From positions 248,001-312,000 of the IMG/VR virus record IMGVR_UViG_3300033997_000478: a DNA stretch of 64,000 nt; one strand, 5' to 3'. A program made the translations under genes and the position numbers. Below are positions 26,915-36,800 of this stretch, one piece after another; the stretch's first letter is position 1; the number at the start of each line of letters is the position of its first letter. The notes under the pieces were generated by a model that was not told where the DNA came from, did no database searches, and saw only the letters and a program-made list of their open reading frames with translations.

Positions 26915-27517
26915 ATGAGCGACTTTCATATCGACCGACGTTTCGATAAGCCGGGACATGAATCCCTCGTTGACTTGATCAACGACAGCAACAAGACGTA
27001 CATCAAGCCGGGGGAGATCGAAGGCGATCAGATCACTGCGGTCGAAGGTCTTCCATTGGGCTTGAATACGAGTGTGCGTATTCGCCTGAAAGGAGCAAAG
27101 GAAGGCGCCCCCTCATCCACGCTGTTTTACCGTCGACTGGACATCGGTAAGTATCTGGCCGATCGCGGTCCGTTCCCTTACGACCTCGAGCGTGAGGACA
27201 AGGACCAGCAAGAAATCCTTGATGCCATCAAGGCCCAGTACGGCGTGGAGCTGTCCCTCGAAGATGTTGGAATCATCTACAACTGGACCGATACGGCCCA
27301 GTACGTCATCTTGGTGATGTACTCGCGAAACCCGGTGTTCTACGGTGAGGTGCGTTTGCAAGGCAAGCCACCTTCGGACCTCAGTTGGGTGGTCGATGAG
27401 ATCATGCGTGACCTGACGCTGGCAGATGTCATGACCGGTACGGAAATCATTCCGGCCATTCAGGACGTCATCCCCAAGCAGATGCGCAAGCTCCGCATTA
27501 CTGACGTCAAGCTTTAA
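26915..27517 (+). CDS. gp131-family baseplate/tail protein (200 aa)
   Basis: LVDLINDSN...NTSVRI...TLFYRRLDI motif shared with the ORFs at 10533 and 10997. Confidence 0.6.
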   Translation: MSDFHIDRRFDKPGHESLVDLINDSNKTYIKPGEIEGDQITAVEGLPLGLNTSVRIRLKGAKEGAPSSTLFYRRLDIGKYLADRGPFPYDLEREDKDQQEILDAIKAQYGVELSLEDVGIIYNWTDTAQYVILVMYSRNPVFYGEVRLQGKPPSDLSWVVDEIMRDLTLADVMTGTEIIPAIQDVIPKQMRKLRITDVKL

Positions 27518-27518
27518 A

Positions 27519-27549
27519 CATAGCGGAGGTCTTCGGACCTCCGTTTATG
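27519..27549. terminator. CATAG..TTATG-flanked hairpin element
   Basis: CATAG-CGGAGGTC-TTCG-GACCTCCG-T-TTATG. Confidence 0.75.
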
Positions 27550-27617
27550 TCGCTTATACTGTGACTAGCCTGGCCTGACGGGCTTTGCTTAACCTCTTTA
27601 TCCACGGAGCACTCTCG

Positions 27618-28493
27618 ATGGCGACCACCACGCCGCGCGTTATCACCCGTACCATCAACGGCACGCGCATCCTCACCGCCCTGCAGCGCGGTAAGCCGTA
27701 CACCCACGTCCCGTACACCACGCTCAACGAGCTGCACGGCATCCAAGCCGGCGTGATGCCGGACAACGCCGAGACCCCGCGCGTGCAGTATTTCTGCATT
27801 GGCACGAATGGTCATGTGAACCGCACCGGCGCTGACGGTGGTCACTACACCTCTGCCCGCAAGCATGGGCCGGACGATTTCGGCCTGTACACCCAGATCC
27901 CGTTCCTGCTGCGCCGTCCCGGTGAAGACCTGACCCAGGACCAGCGTCAGAAGTACGCCCTGCGCAAGATCATCGAGATCAATGGCGAGAACTGGATCGC
28001 CTACTATCTGATGAAGATCCCGACTGACACCGAGCCGGTGCGCATGCTGCTCAACACGGTCAAGGACGGCGTCACCACCACCGAGCCGTTCATCCCGAAG
28101 GCTTCCAACCTGCAGCCGCAGCCGAAGGAACCGCCGGCCAATGGCGCCATCAGCACCAACGGCTCGTACTTGTCGGTGACCTCGATGACCGACATCGTGC
28201 TCAGCGCCCTGGACGTCACCGAACAGATCGAAGTTGCCAAGATCATCCACGGCAACCCCGAGCGCGCTCTGATCTCCGAGATCGGCCTGGTGGCCGCTTC
28301 GCCGAAGATCGTCACCTTCACCGATCCGGGCGGCGGCAACGTCCAGATGGAAGAAGCGGTCATGGCGCAGATCACCACCCACATCACCGGCCTGTGGCCT
28401 GTGGCCTTCGCCACCGAAGGTTTCCGTTTCGGTCTGGATCTGGGCGGCACCGAGCCGCTGATCGGTCTGGACACCACCAACACCACCCCCTAA
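27618..28493 (+). CDS. Virion structural/baseplate protein (phiKZ gp139-like), 291 aa
   Basis: GGAG RBS. TTLNE...YFCIG.NGH...PFLLR...YYL..I motifs recalled for this family. Confidence 0.6.
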   Translation: MATTTPRVITRTINGTRILTALQRGKPYTHVPYTTLNELHGIQAGVMPDNAETPRVQYFCIGTNGHVNRTGADGGHYTSARKHGPDDFGLYTQIPFLLRRPGEDLTQDQRQKYALRKIIEINGENWIAYYLMKIPTDTEPVRMLLNTVKDGVTTTEPFIPKASNLQPQPKEPPANGAISTNGSYLSVTSMTDIVLSALDVTEQIEVAKIIHGNPERALISEIGLVAASPKIVTFTDPGGGNVQMEEAVMAQITTHITGLWPVAFATEGFRFGLDLGGTEPLIGLDTTNTTP

Positions 28494-28505
28494 GCGAACA
28501 CCCCC

Positions 28506-29120
28506 ATGAACACACGTCAAGAACAAGATGTAACCTTGCGTGTGGCAGGCATCGATCCAGGTACGACGACTCTCGGGTTGTCGTTTCTGGACCTGAACCT
28601 TTCCAACGGCCGCTGCGTCATCGCCTATTCCAAGACGGCAGACGGCGGCAAGTTGGGTAAGGACTATCGTCTGGAAGCTGAAACACATGGCGACCGTTTC
28701 GCACGCTTGACCGCCATTGAGGATTTCCTGTTCGTCGTCTTTGAGATGATGCAGCCTCATGCGTTCTGCACTGAATCTCCCTTCCTGCGCAAGTTCCCAG
28801 CGACCTTCGCAGCACTGACCGAGTGTGTCAGCCATTGCCGCCGCGCGGTGCATCGTTACGATCGCCACGCACGCATGGATACGGTGGACCCGCCCACAGC
28901 CAAGCTCGGTGTGGGCATGACCATCAAGAAGGGTGCAACGAAAGACGATGTAAAGGCTGCAATCTTGCGCCTTGTGGACTCCAAGCTTCCCAACGGCCTT
29001 CCGGCCTTGGAAGTGGCCCCAGATGTGAATCTCGCCGAGTTGGACGAACATGAGATCGACTCGATCGCAGTGGCCTACCACCTAGTGCAACAGCTCCGCA
29101 AACAAATCCCCGGCCTTTAA
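28506..29120 (+). CDS. ruvC: RuvC-like Holliday junction resolvase
   Basis: VAGIDPG (catalytic D), CTESPF (catalytic E), P.TAK..VG...TKDDV, and HEIDSIAVA. Confidence 0.85.
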   Translation: MNTRQEQDVTLRVAGIDPGTTTLGLSFLDLNLSNGRCVIAYSKTADGGKLGKDYRLEAETHGDRFARLTAIEDFLFVVFEMMQPHAFCTESPFLRKFPATFAALTECVSHCRRAVHRYDRHARMDTVDPPTAKLGVGMTIKKGATKDDVKAAILRLVDSKLPNGLPALEVAPDVNLAELDEHEIDSIAVAYHLVQQLRKQIPGL

Positions 29121-29129
29121 GGTAACGTC

Positions 29130-29630
29130 ATGAACCTCAGTGAGATTCTGAAGATGGCTGGGAGCCAACCGTTCTCCACGTTCAAGTGGGGGCCGGCGGC
29201 AGTGTTGATGATCAATGACTATCTAGCTGCCGGCTCCAAGCTGTCAGTGGATAGCACCGGTCAAGACGCTGAGGTTGCATTGAGCGCGCTGCCCACTGGC
29301 ATGGGTTTGAACTTGTTGACTCGTGAAGTACAAGTCATGAACGACAATGTCATGCTCAAGCCGGTGGGGCCTGAGGTAACTGGCGTACCACCCACCGTGG
29401 CCCCTGCTCCGCGCAGGACCAATCCGCTGGTCATGATGATCTTTGTTGTGTTGGCCCTGATCAGTCTGGGTCTGACCTTCAGCATCATGTCCACGGCCAA
29501 TCGTACTGGGCAGATGCCCGACTCGACCGCACTGGTTGAGATTACCAAGACGATGGTGGGGTTGATCAAGGACGATAGCAGCCGACCCGACAAGGAACAG
29601 CCTGCGGATCCTCCTCCCCAGAATCCGTAA
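29130..29630 (+). CDS. Membrane protein (166 aa, one TM helix)
   Basis: Hydrophobic segment PLVMMIFVVLALISLGLTFSIM. Confidence 0.7.
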   Translation: MNLSEILKMAGSQPFSTFKWGPAAVLMINDYLAAGSKLSVDSTGQDAEVALSALPTGMGLNLLTREVQVMNDNVMLKPVGPEVTGVPPTVAPAPRRTNPLVMMIFVVLALISLGLTFSIMSTANRTGQMPDSTALVEITKTMVGLIKDDSSRPDKEQPADPPPQNP

Positions 29631-29635
29631 AACCC

Positions 29636-29668
29636 CATAACGCCCCCGCCCGTAGGCGGGGGCTTATG
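29636..29668. terminator. CATAA..TTATG-flanked hairpin at a convergent junction
   Basis: CATAA-C-GCCCCCGCC-CGTA-GGCGGGGGC-TTATG. Confidence 0.8.
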
Positions 29669-29671
29669 CCG

Positions 29672-30292
29672 TCAGTTCGCTGCCAGTGCGGCGGCAGCAT
29701 CAGCACGCTTGCGCTTGTCCAGTGCCACGGTGACCTGCCGCAAGATCGCGGTGGGTTCCCGGTAGGTGCCGGCTTGACGCATGTACTCCGTCTCGATCTG
29801 ACGCTTCTGGATCAGACGAGCCATGTTGGTCTTGCCGCCAAAGATCGACCAGGCACGCACTGCACCGTACATCAGCGAGCGAGTGAACCAGTTCACGCCT
29901 GCAGCTTTCATGGCCTCCAGGAAGATGGCATCGGCCTCTTTACGAGTGATGGTCACCGGGATTTCATTGTGGAACAGGGTCTTGGTTTCGCACAGGATGT
30001 CATGCAGCGTTGCAGCCTGTCCGTAGGCGCCCCACGGCGGCACCAGCCACCACAGCGGACGCGGTACGGAGGCACCATCGGTGAGGAAGCCGGCGGGCAC
30101 GTAGCCCCACGTGGAGCGATCCTCAGCACTGCGGTAGAAGCGGAAGGACGTGATGACACGGTAGTAGTCCTTACGCAGTACCTTCGATGCGTACTCGTCG
30201 TATTCGATGGCCAGCTTGGCATCGAAGTTGGTAAAGGGAATGGCCTCCGCGATCTGGGTGGCCGTGGGAACATAGGGATTGTTGATGTCCAT
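29672..30292 (-). CDS. DUF1353-family protein
   Basis: VPAGFLTDGASVPRPLW...AATLHD...RKEADAIFLEAM...MYGAVR signature. Confidence 0.8.
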   Translation of the reverse strand: MDINNPYVPTATQIAEAIPFTNFDAKLAIEYDEYASKVLRKDYYRVITSFRFYRSAEDRSTWGYVPAGFLTDGASVPRPLWWLVPPWGAYGQAATLHDILCETKTLFHNEIPVTITRKEADAIFLEAMKAAGVNWFTRSLMYGAVRAWSIFGGKTNMARLIQKRQIETEYMRQAGTYREPTAILRQVTVALDKRKRADAAAALAAN

Positions 30293-30318
30293 TAGTCACC
30301 GCAGGGGCTAAATAAGAA

Positions 30319-30340
30319 CCGGGGAGGTTTCCCTCCCCGG
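30319..30340 (-). terminator. Intrinsic terminator after the Hint-domain gene
   Basis: On the minus strand CCGGGGAGG-GAAA-CCTCCCCGG followed by TTCTTATTT. Confidence 0.7.
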
Positions 30341-30347
30341 CACGGTC

Positions 30348-31679
30348 TTACATGATCTGCTTGACTTCAGAGGCGTTGTGCGTAGCGATACGACGATCGC
30401 CTTGCTCGCCTGCGAAGTAGGACTGGTCGTTCACATTGAAGAGCACCACATCCTTAACACCGACGTATTGCACTTCACGCACGCGTTCCCAGCGCAGCTC
30501 ACCGCGGTCGTTGACGAAGACTTCCTCACCATACATCTGCGGGCCGAACATGCTACACGAACCATCGCGCATGGTCATCGGCGTCGAGTTGGAAGCAACG
30601 ATGCTGATGCCCGATTCGGTGACGATACGGAAGCACGGTTGCGGCATGACCTTGTTGGCACGGACCTGACGCAGCGTCATGATGTCCGGATTGTAGGCCG
30701 AGCCATCAATCCAGTCGCCGATGGCGATCTCATGAGCCTGACGCTCAGTATCCATCCACATGTCAGTGGCCACACAACCACCACCGCCACCACCGCCTCC
30801 GCCACCACCCGAACCGCCGCCGGTGTTACCACCTTCGGGGACGATGATGTCCAGGTCGTTGAAGCTGTTGGTGAGGTTGTAGTAGAAGCGGAACTGGTTA
30901 ACGACGTTACCGTTGCGCTTGATCGTGACCAAGAACCAGCCGCGATTGAAAACTCGCAGCACCGAGTTGGGATCTCGGTAAGCGTAGTTGTTGGCCTGCG
31001 TGGTCATGTCCAACAGCAGCAGCAGCTCACGGTTCTGGTTCAACGGCATGTCCACACCTTCACCGGTGATGACAACGGTGGAGTTGTTGAACGCACCGGG
31101 CACGCCCGGCTGCCATTGCCACGTGTTGGGATTGGCCGGCATCGGAATCCACCAACGACCACGGTCCAGACTTTGCAGCTGGTAGGAGATCGTGTAGGTG
31201 TCGCCGAAATCAGGGCGCGGACTCTGCGCCCAGTTGCCATTGCTGATCACACGACCATCCGGATACAAGTAGCCGATCTGACCTTGGCCAGCTCGAACCA
31301 CCAGTGCTCGGTAGTTGCGCGTCATCTGCCAGATGTCCCACGTCCCGTCACGACGGAACGTCAGCCTCAGCTGGTTGGTGTTGTGCGCCACGTGCCAGAT
31401 CACCGAAGGGCAATCGGACATGGGCATGTCCATGTAGCCGATGTCACCCATCGGATTGGTGTAGCCCACCGAACCACGTGCTGCCCAGTAGTTGGACACG
31501 TCCGGACCATCGGGGTGGTAGAACCCGGCGTCCTGGGCTCGAGAGCCCAGGCTGATCGGTGCATAGCGCAGCGGGTTACCGGCCACGTCGTAGTAACCGG
31601 GAATCACTACACCGCCGGAGTCAGGTTCGAACAGGTCATTGAAGCTGGGACCGTTGGGAGCGAAGAATTGGTCACCCAT
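30348..31679 (-). CDS. Fibre-tip adhesin-like protein (443 aa) with a Gly linker and a C-terminal Hint (intein-like) domain
   Basis: Start moved to ATG 31679 (GAGGAG RBS overlapping the fibre stop). N-terminal FNDLFEP...RYAP...G.....DVSNYWAARG anchor, a poly-Gly linker, then C-V-A-T-D ... T-H-N spanning 134 aa. Confidence 0.75.
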   Translation of the reverse strand: MGDQFFAPNGPSFNDLFEPDSGGVVIPGYYDVAGNPLRYAPISLGSRAQDAGFYHPDGPDVSNYWAARGSVGYTNPMGDIGYMDMPMSDCPSVIWHVAHNTNQLRLTFRRDGTWDIWQMTRNYRALVVRAGQGQIGYLYPDGRVISNGNWAQSPRPDFGDTYTISYQLQSLDRGRWWIPMPANPNTWQWQPGVPGAFNNSTVVITGEGVDMPLNQNRELLLLLDMTTQANNYAYRDPNSVLRVFNRGWFLVTIKRNGNVVNQFRFYYNLTNSFNDLDIIVPEGGNTGGGSGGGGGGGGGGGCVATDMWMDTERQAHEIAIGDWIDGSAYNPDIMTLRQVRANKVMPQPCFRIVTESGISIVASNSTPMTMRDGSCSMFGPQMYGEEVFVNDRGELRWERVREVQYVGVKDVVLFNVNDQSYFAGEQGDRRIATHNASEVKQIM

Positions 31680-31689
31680 GGTGTTCTCC

Positions 31690-33789
31690 TCACTTACCCA
31701 GGCGGGCCAGAACCTGCGCGAGCTGCGACTCCAGATTGGCGATACGCAGTTCCTGCGACTGCACGACAGTGCGCAGCAGGGCGACCTCTTCCAGTGCTTG
31801 GTCAGCCGCTTCACCGGCAGCGAATGCCGATTCCATGGCCAGACCAGCGGTGTTGATCGCCAGACGCTTGGTCTTCTTGCCCGGCTCGGTGAACTCGCTG
31901 ACGTAATCGGCAGCCACCTCGTTGAGCTCCTGCGCAATCACGCCGCGCTGATGCTCATCGTTGCGCTTGAGGTTCCACTGCTTCCACTTCAGCAGGCGCC
32001 ACAGGGCACGCGCTTGAGCCGACTTGATGTTCTTCTTCAGTCGACGATCGGATGGCTGGAAACCACCGCCGGCGTAGATACGACCGTTGGAGGCAGTGAA
32101 GTTACCGTCGTTGCCGAAGGTGAACCACTTGTAGTTGTTGGACGGACCGGTACGCAGGCCCAGACCATTGCCACCGTCGTACAGGTAGTAAGCCCAGCCG
32201 CCGAGGGTGATCGAGTTCACGCGCGCATCGGAGTTGATCACGATGCGGTTGTTGATCTGGTTCTGCAGCGGGTTGATGGCAATCACCTGCACCAGCTGCC
32301 GACCGCGCATCGGAGTCAGATAACGGTCGTTGGCGTTACCACCTTCCGCTTCACCTTGAGTGGCGATCGGATAGTTCTCCACCGAACCCAGACCGACCTG
32401 TGCTTTGGTCGTAGCGTGCGGGTTGCTGCTGTTGTTCATGTGGTTGGTCAGTGCCGCACCAATGCCGTTGGTGATCTGCTGCGCAGTGCGCAGCGGCGTC
32501 ATGAACGTGGCGTTGTCAGTCGCACCCTGCGCCTGAGCCTGGGTGGCGGTCGGGTAATTGTCAACATTACCCAAGCCGACCTGAGCCTTGGTCACCTGGT
32601 GGGGGTTGCTGATGTTGGCGATGTGGGCCTGCAGAGCATTGCCCGCCACTGCATCAATCAGGGACCGACCACCTTGCGGAGTCAGGAACAGGTTGTTGGC
32701 CGTACCGGCCGTGGCTTCAGGAACCGTAGCGGTCTTGAAGTTGTCCACGTTACCCAAACCGACTTGCGCCTTGGTGGTGGCGTGCGGGTTGTTGGTATTG
32801 CCGATGTGCGCGTTGAGCGGATTGACCGCTTGGGCGGTGATTGCCGCTGCGGTCAGCACGGCCGACATGTAACCATCGCCCGTGCCCTGCTGGGCTTGGG
32901 TGGTGGTGGCCATCGGGTTGTTCACCACGCTACCCAGACCCACCTGTGCCTTGGTGACACCGTGGGGGTTGTTGGTGTTGTTGATGTGCGCAGTCAGGGC
33001 GTTGCCCACCAATACCTGGATCTGCTGACGACCGCGCAGCGGGGTCATGTACAGGTTGTTGGCGTTGCCGTCTTCGGCTTCGGCCTGCGTGGCAATGCGG
33101 TAGTTCTCGACCAGACCCAAACCGACCTGGGCCTTGGTGACCGCATGCGGGTTGTTCTTGTCGTTGATGTGCTCTTGGAAGTTGGCCTGCAGCTGATTGA
33201 TCAGCGCACGCAGCACGGCATCTTGAAGATCCACGTACTGACGCATCTCATCAAACGCTGCCTGGTCACCCAGCAGAATCGCACGACGCACCTGCTCGAC
33301 AGCGGCCACGAGGTATTCGAAACCGAACACGTCGCCGATGTCGTGCAAGTGGGCGGCCGGCGGGAAGTACTCCGGCACATCGATCAGGTCACCCCAGTGA
33401 ACCTTGCGGTTGTCCAGGTCCAGACCGTCCAGCAGCTGCTGGATGACGGTAGCCGACAGGCTGTAGACGTCACCCACCGCGTGGTAGGAGAACTTCAGGT
33501 CCAGACCACCACGGTAGGTATCGGGAATGAAGATGACCGAGCAGACTTCCTGGCCAGATTGCAGCGAGGGCTTGGGCACCATGTGCACCGGCTTGTAGTC
33601 CACGTCCGGAACCAGTTCACGGCCAGACGTAGCATCCACCAGTACCATGTTGCGGGTGTAGAAGGCACCGCGCGAGGGGACGAACGCGCGGTTGCCGGCG
33701 GCTGCGATACGTACCGGTTCGTCCCCGACGAAATTCGTCGGGGCTTCACCAGTCAGATCGAGCGGGAGTTGAAGAACGGGGGGATTCAT
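31690..33789 (-). CDS. Tail fibre protein C (699 aa): 5 His-repeats and a C-terminal S74 chaperone
   Basis: H.....NPH..TKAQVGLG.V.N repeats, SDRRLKK motif, and GVIAQEL. Confidence 0.85.
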   Translation of the reverse strand: MNPPVLQLPLDLTGEAPTNFVGDEPVRIAAAGNRAFVPSRGAFYTRNMVLVDATSGRELVPDVDYKPVHMVPKPSLQSGQEVCSVIFIPDTYRGGLDLKFSYHAVGDVYSLSATVIQQLLDGLDLDNRKVHWGDLIDVPEYFPPAAHLHDIGDVFGFEYLVAAVEQVRRAILLGDQAAFDEMRQYVDLQDAVLRALINQLQANFQEHINDKNNPHAVTKAQVGLGLVENYRIATQAEAEDGNANNLYMTPLRGRQQIQVLVGNALTAHINNTNNPHGVTKAQVGLGSVVNNPMATTTQAQQGTGDGYMSAVLTAAAITAQAVNPLNAHIGNTNNPHATTKAQVGLGNVDNFKTATVPEATAGTANNLFLTPQGGRSLIDAVAGNALQAHIANISNPHQVTKAQVGLGNVDNYPTATQAQAQGATDNATFMTPLRTAQQITNGIGAALTNHMNNSSNPHATTKAQVGLGSVENYPIATQGEAEGGNANDRYLTPMRGRQLVQVIAINPLQNQINNRIVINSDARVNSITLGGWAYYLYDGGNGLGLRTGPSNNYKWFTFGNDGNFTASNGRIYAGGGFQPSDRRLKKNIKSAQARALWRLLKWKQWNLKRNDEHQRGVIAQELNEVAADYVSEFTEPGKKTKRLAINTAGLAMESAFAAGEAADQALEEVALLRTVVQSQELRIANLESQLAQVLARLGK

Positions 33790-33822
33790 GGCCCGTAGTG
33801 CTCCTGTTGCTGTCTGAATTGA

Positions 33823-36800
33823 TTACGGAGTCATGAACGTCGTATTGCTGCGAGTGTAGGCTTCCACCAACACCGGACGCAGACGCGCGTTGCGCTGCGA
33901 CTGATAGAGGATGCCGTTGTAATCGCTGAAATACAGCCGTCCCGGACGTGCCGCGGGATGGTTGATACCCAGATAGGCGTATTCCCACGCCGTGCCGTTG
34001 TAGGTGTAGTAGCGCTGCTTGTCCTTGTCGCCGGTGGCGCCGATACGGATGTAATCCTTGTACTGGCGCGGACGGGAGACGACCTTGAACGAGACGTTGG
34101 GCTGACGCAGGGAGATCAGACCCCACTGCGACGGCGCGTCCACGAACATCGACAGCGTCGGCGTGTCGGCCAGATCGATCACGATCTGTTCGGAAGCCAC
34201 GTAGGCGGTGGCGCCGTACTGACTGGTATCGATCGTCAGGATGTTGCCTGCGCGCTTGACGCGGATTCGGGTTGCGCCATTGGTGGACCAACCCTTACCG
34301 GCCTCGATGAAGTCAGCCGGCGGACGGGTGTCTTGCACCTGACCGTCGCCCCACTTGAGCAGGCCGTTCTTACCAGCGATCTTACGACCGTCGTTCTGCA
34401 GCGGGTTGAGAACCACCGAGAGCAGGGTGTAGACTTCGCCACCGGGCTGATCGCTGATCTTGTTCATGCCGCCGGGCGTGCGGATCACCGCCAGCGTGTA
34501 CTGACGACCACCGGAGACGACCGAGGCTGCAATGACACCTGCGCCCTTGGCCGCATCGAAGTTGGAGGAAACATCCACTTCGAAGGTGTAGTTCAGCGAA
34601 GCTTCCGGGGACAGCAGTGCGCCAGTGTTGGGCACCGTGGTGGTCTCCAACTGAATGGCACCTGCGGTGTCGTCCCACACCCAGTCATCGAGGATCTGCT
34701 GATCGGCGTAGTAGTTCTGGTTACCCGCGGCCGAAGACGGCAGCCACTGCGGGTAATCGTCCTTGACCGAATTGGACAGACCACGAATGGTGAGTTCGTC
34801 AGCATCGGTGGTTGCCACCGGCACCTGCTCTACGAGCGAACCGACGATCTGGTTGCGGTTGGCCGAACCGGGGAAGTCACCGAAGTTGACATCGCCGAAG
34901 GTTGCACGCGGATTGGCGTACGGCGGCAGCACACGCGACAGGTAGACAATACCAGCCGGCTCAGCGTTGGTGACCGAATTGGTGTTGACGTAGAACTGAT
35001 TGGACGCGTTCTGCGACAGGACCGTAGCGGTTGCCGCTTGGCGCGGGCCGTTGGTGCGCATGTACAGCGTCAGTTCCTTGCCATTGGTCACGTCGGTGTA
35101 GACGTAACCGAACACCACGTTGGCGTTGGACTCTTCCTCCATCAGCGTCACCGAGGAGCGGCCCATGGCGCGCGGACTCAGACGAATCAGGTAGGTGCTC
35201 GAAGCCAGGCGGGCGTAATCGTCGCCGCCGGTCACGTAAGCCACGATGTCCGGAACCGGATTGGCCAGCAGGTTGGACGGAATGACCGTCGAGCCCAACT
35301 TGGTCCAGCTGTTGCCAACCGAACTGGTGTTGGCCGGGTAGGTCACCATCGGAGCGAGGGCTTCCATCACCTGGGCGTAGGTCTGACCTGCGAACTTGGT
35401 CGAGTCAGCCGCCACACCGGTCTTGTCCAACTTCGCGTTCAGCTTGTTGTCGGTGGTGGCCTTGTCGTAGGCACCCACCTGCTCAGCGGTCACTTGGTGC
35501 GGGTTGTTGCGCGCGCCGGTGTGCTGGGTCAGGGAGACGCCGATCGTTGCATCGATCAGGGCCTTGCCGGTCAGCGGAGTCAGCCACACGTTGTTGAGCG
35601 TTCCGCCCTGCGCCTCGATCGAGGTGGCCGTCTTGAAGTTGTCGACGTTACCCAGACCCACCTGTTCCTTGTTGACCTGGTGGGGATTGTTCAGATCGGC
35701 CAAGTGAGCAGCCAGCTCCGGTCCGGAGCTGCCACCACCGTTGTTGGCGACATACAGCGCCACACCACGCGGGGTCATCAGCAGGTTGTTGGCCGTACCG
35801 GCCAGAGCCTGCATGTCATCGGCCGCCGCAAAGTTCGGGACGTTAGCCAGACCTACTTGGGCCTTGGTCGTACCATGCGGGTTGGACGAATCGTTGATGT
35901 GGTTGGTGATCGTCGGCTGGAACAGGGCAGCCACCATCTGGCGACCACGCAGCACAGTCAGCAGCTTGTTGTTGACGTTGCCTTCCTCGGCTTCAGCCTG
36001 CGTGGCCGGACCGAAGTTGGGCACCTGATCCAAACCCACCTGGGCCTTGGTGGTGTTGTGCGGGTTGTTGGTGTCGTTGACGTGACTGGTGATCGGCGCC
36101 AAGGCGATCGCATCGATTGCGGCCTTGGTGGTCAGCGGGGTCATCACTACGTCGTCGGCAACACCCAACTGAGCAGCCACCGTATCGGCCTTGCCGAAGT
36201 TCTGCACATTGCCCAGGCCCACTTGGGCCTTGGTCACGGCATGGGGGTTGTTCTTGTTGTTGATGTGGGTGTTCAGCGGCGCCACAGCGAAGATGTCAAC
36301 CAACTGCTTACCACGCAACACCGTCAGGAAACGGTTGGTGGCCGTGCCGGCTTCAGCTTCGGCCTGCGTCGCGGTGGGGTTGTTCTCAACGTTGCTCAGC
36401 CCCACCTGCGCCTTGGTGGTGTTGTGGGGATTGTTGCTATCGTTGATGTGCTGATCCATCCGATTGCCGTACAGCGCCTGCATCATCTGAGCGCCACGCA
36501 GGACGGTCAGGTAATGGGAGTTGCTGACGCCGGCTTGCGCGGTGGCAATATCGGCGACCGGGTAGTTCTGCACGTTGCCCAAGCCGACCTGGCTCTTGGT
36601 GACTTGGTGCGGGTTGTTCTTGTCGTTGATGTGATTGGTCAGGCCTTCCGAGCCCGAAGCCAAGATCGCATCACGAATGCCGTTCAGCGCCGCTTCCAGT
36701 TCCTTGGCACCGACCATGTCATCCAGATGCCACTCGTGGTCGATGACCGGGAAGGCGATCGGCAGATTGACGATCTGTTCCCAGTTGACGCGACGCGGGT

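Noticed and set aside
30375-30776. Canonical splicing intein with homing endonuclease
   Set aside because: No endonuclease domain, the +1 residue is Ala, block B His is missing, and the C-extein is only 8 aa. Kept as a non-splicing Hint finding instead.
31680-31937. 86-aa N-terminal extension of the Hint protein in the ORF track
   Set aside because: It overlaps fibre C in another frame. A strong GAGGAG RBS supports ATG 31679.
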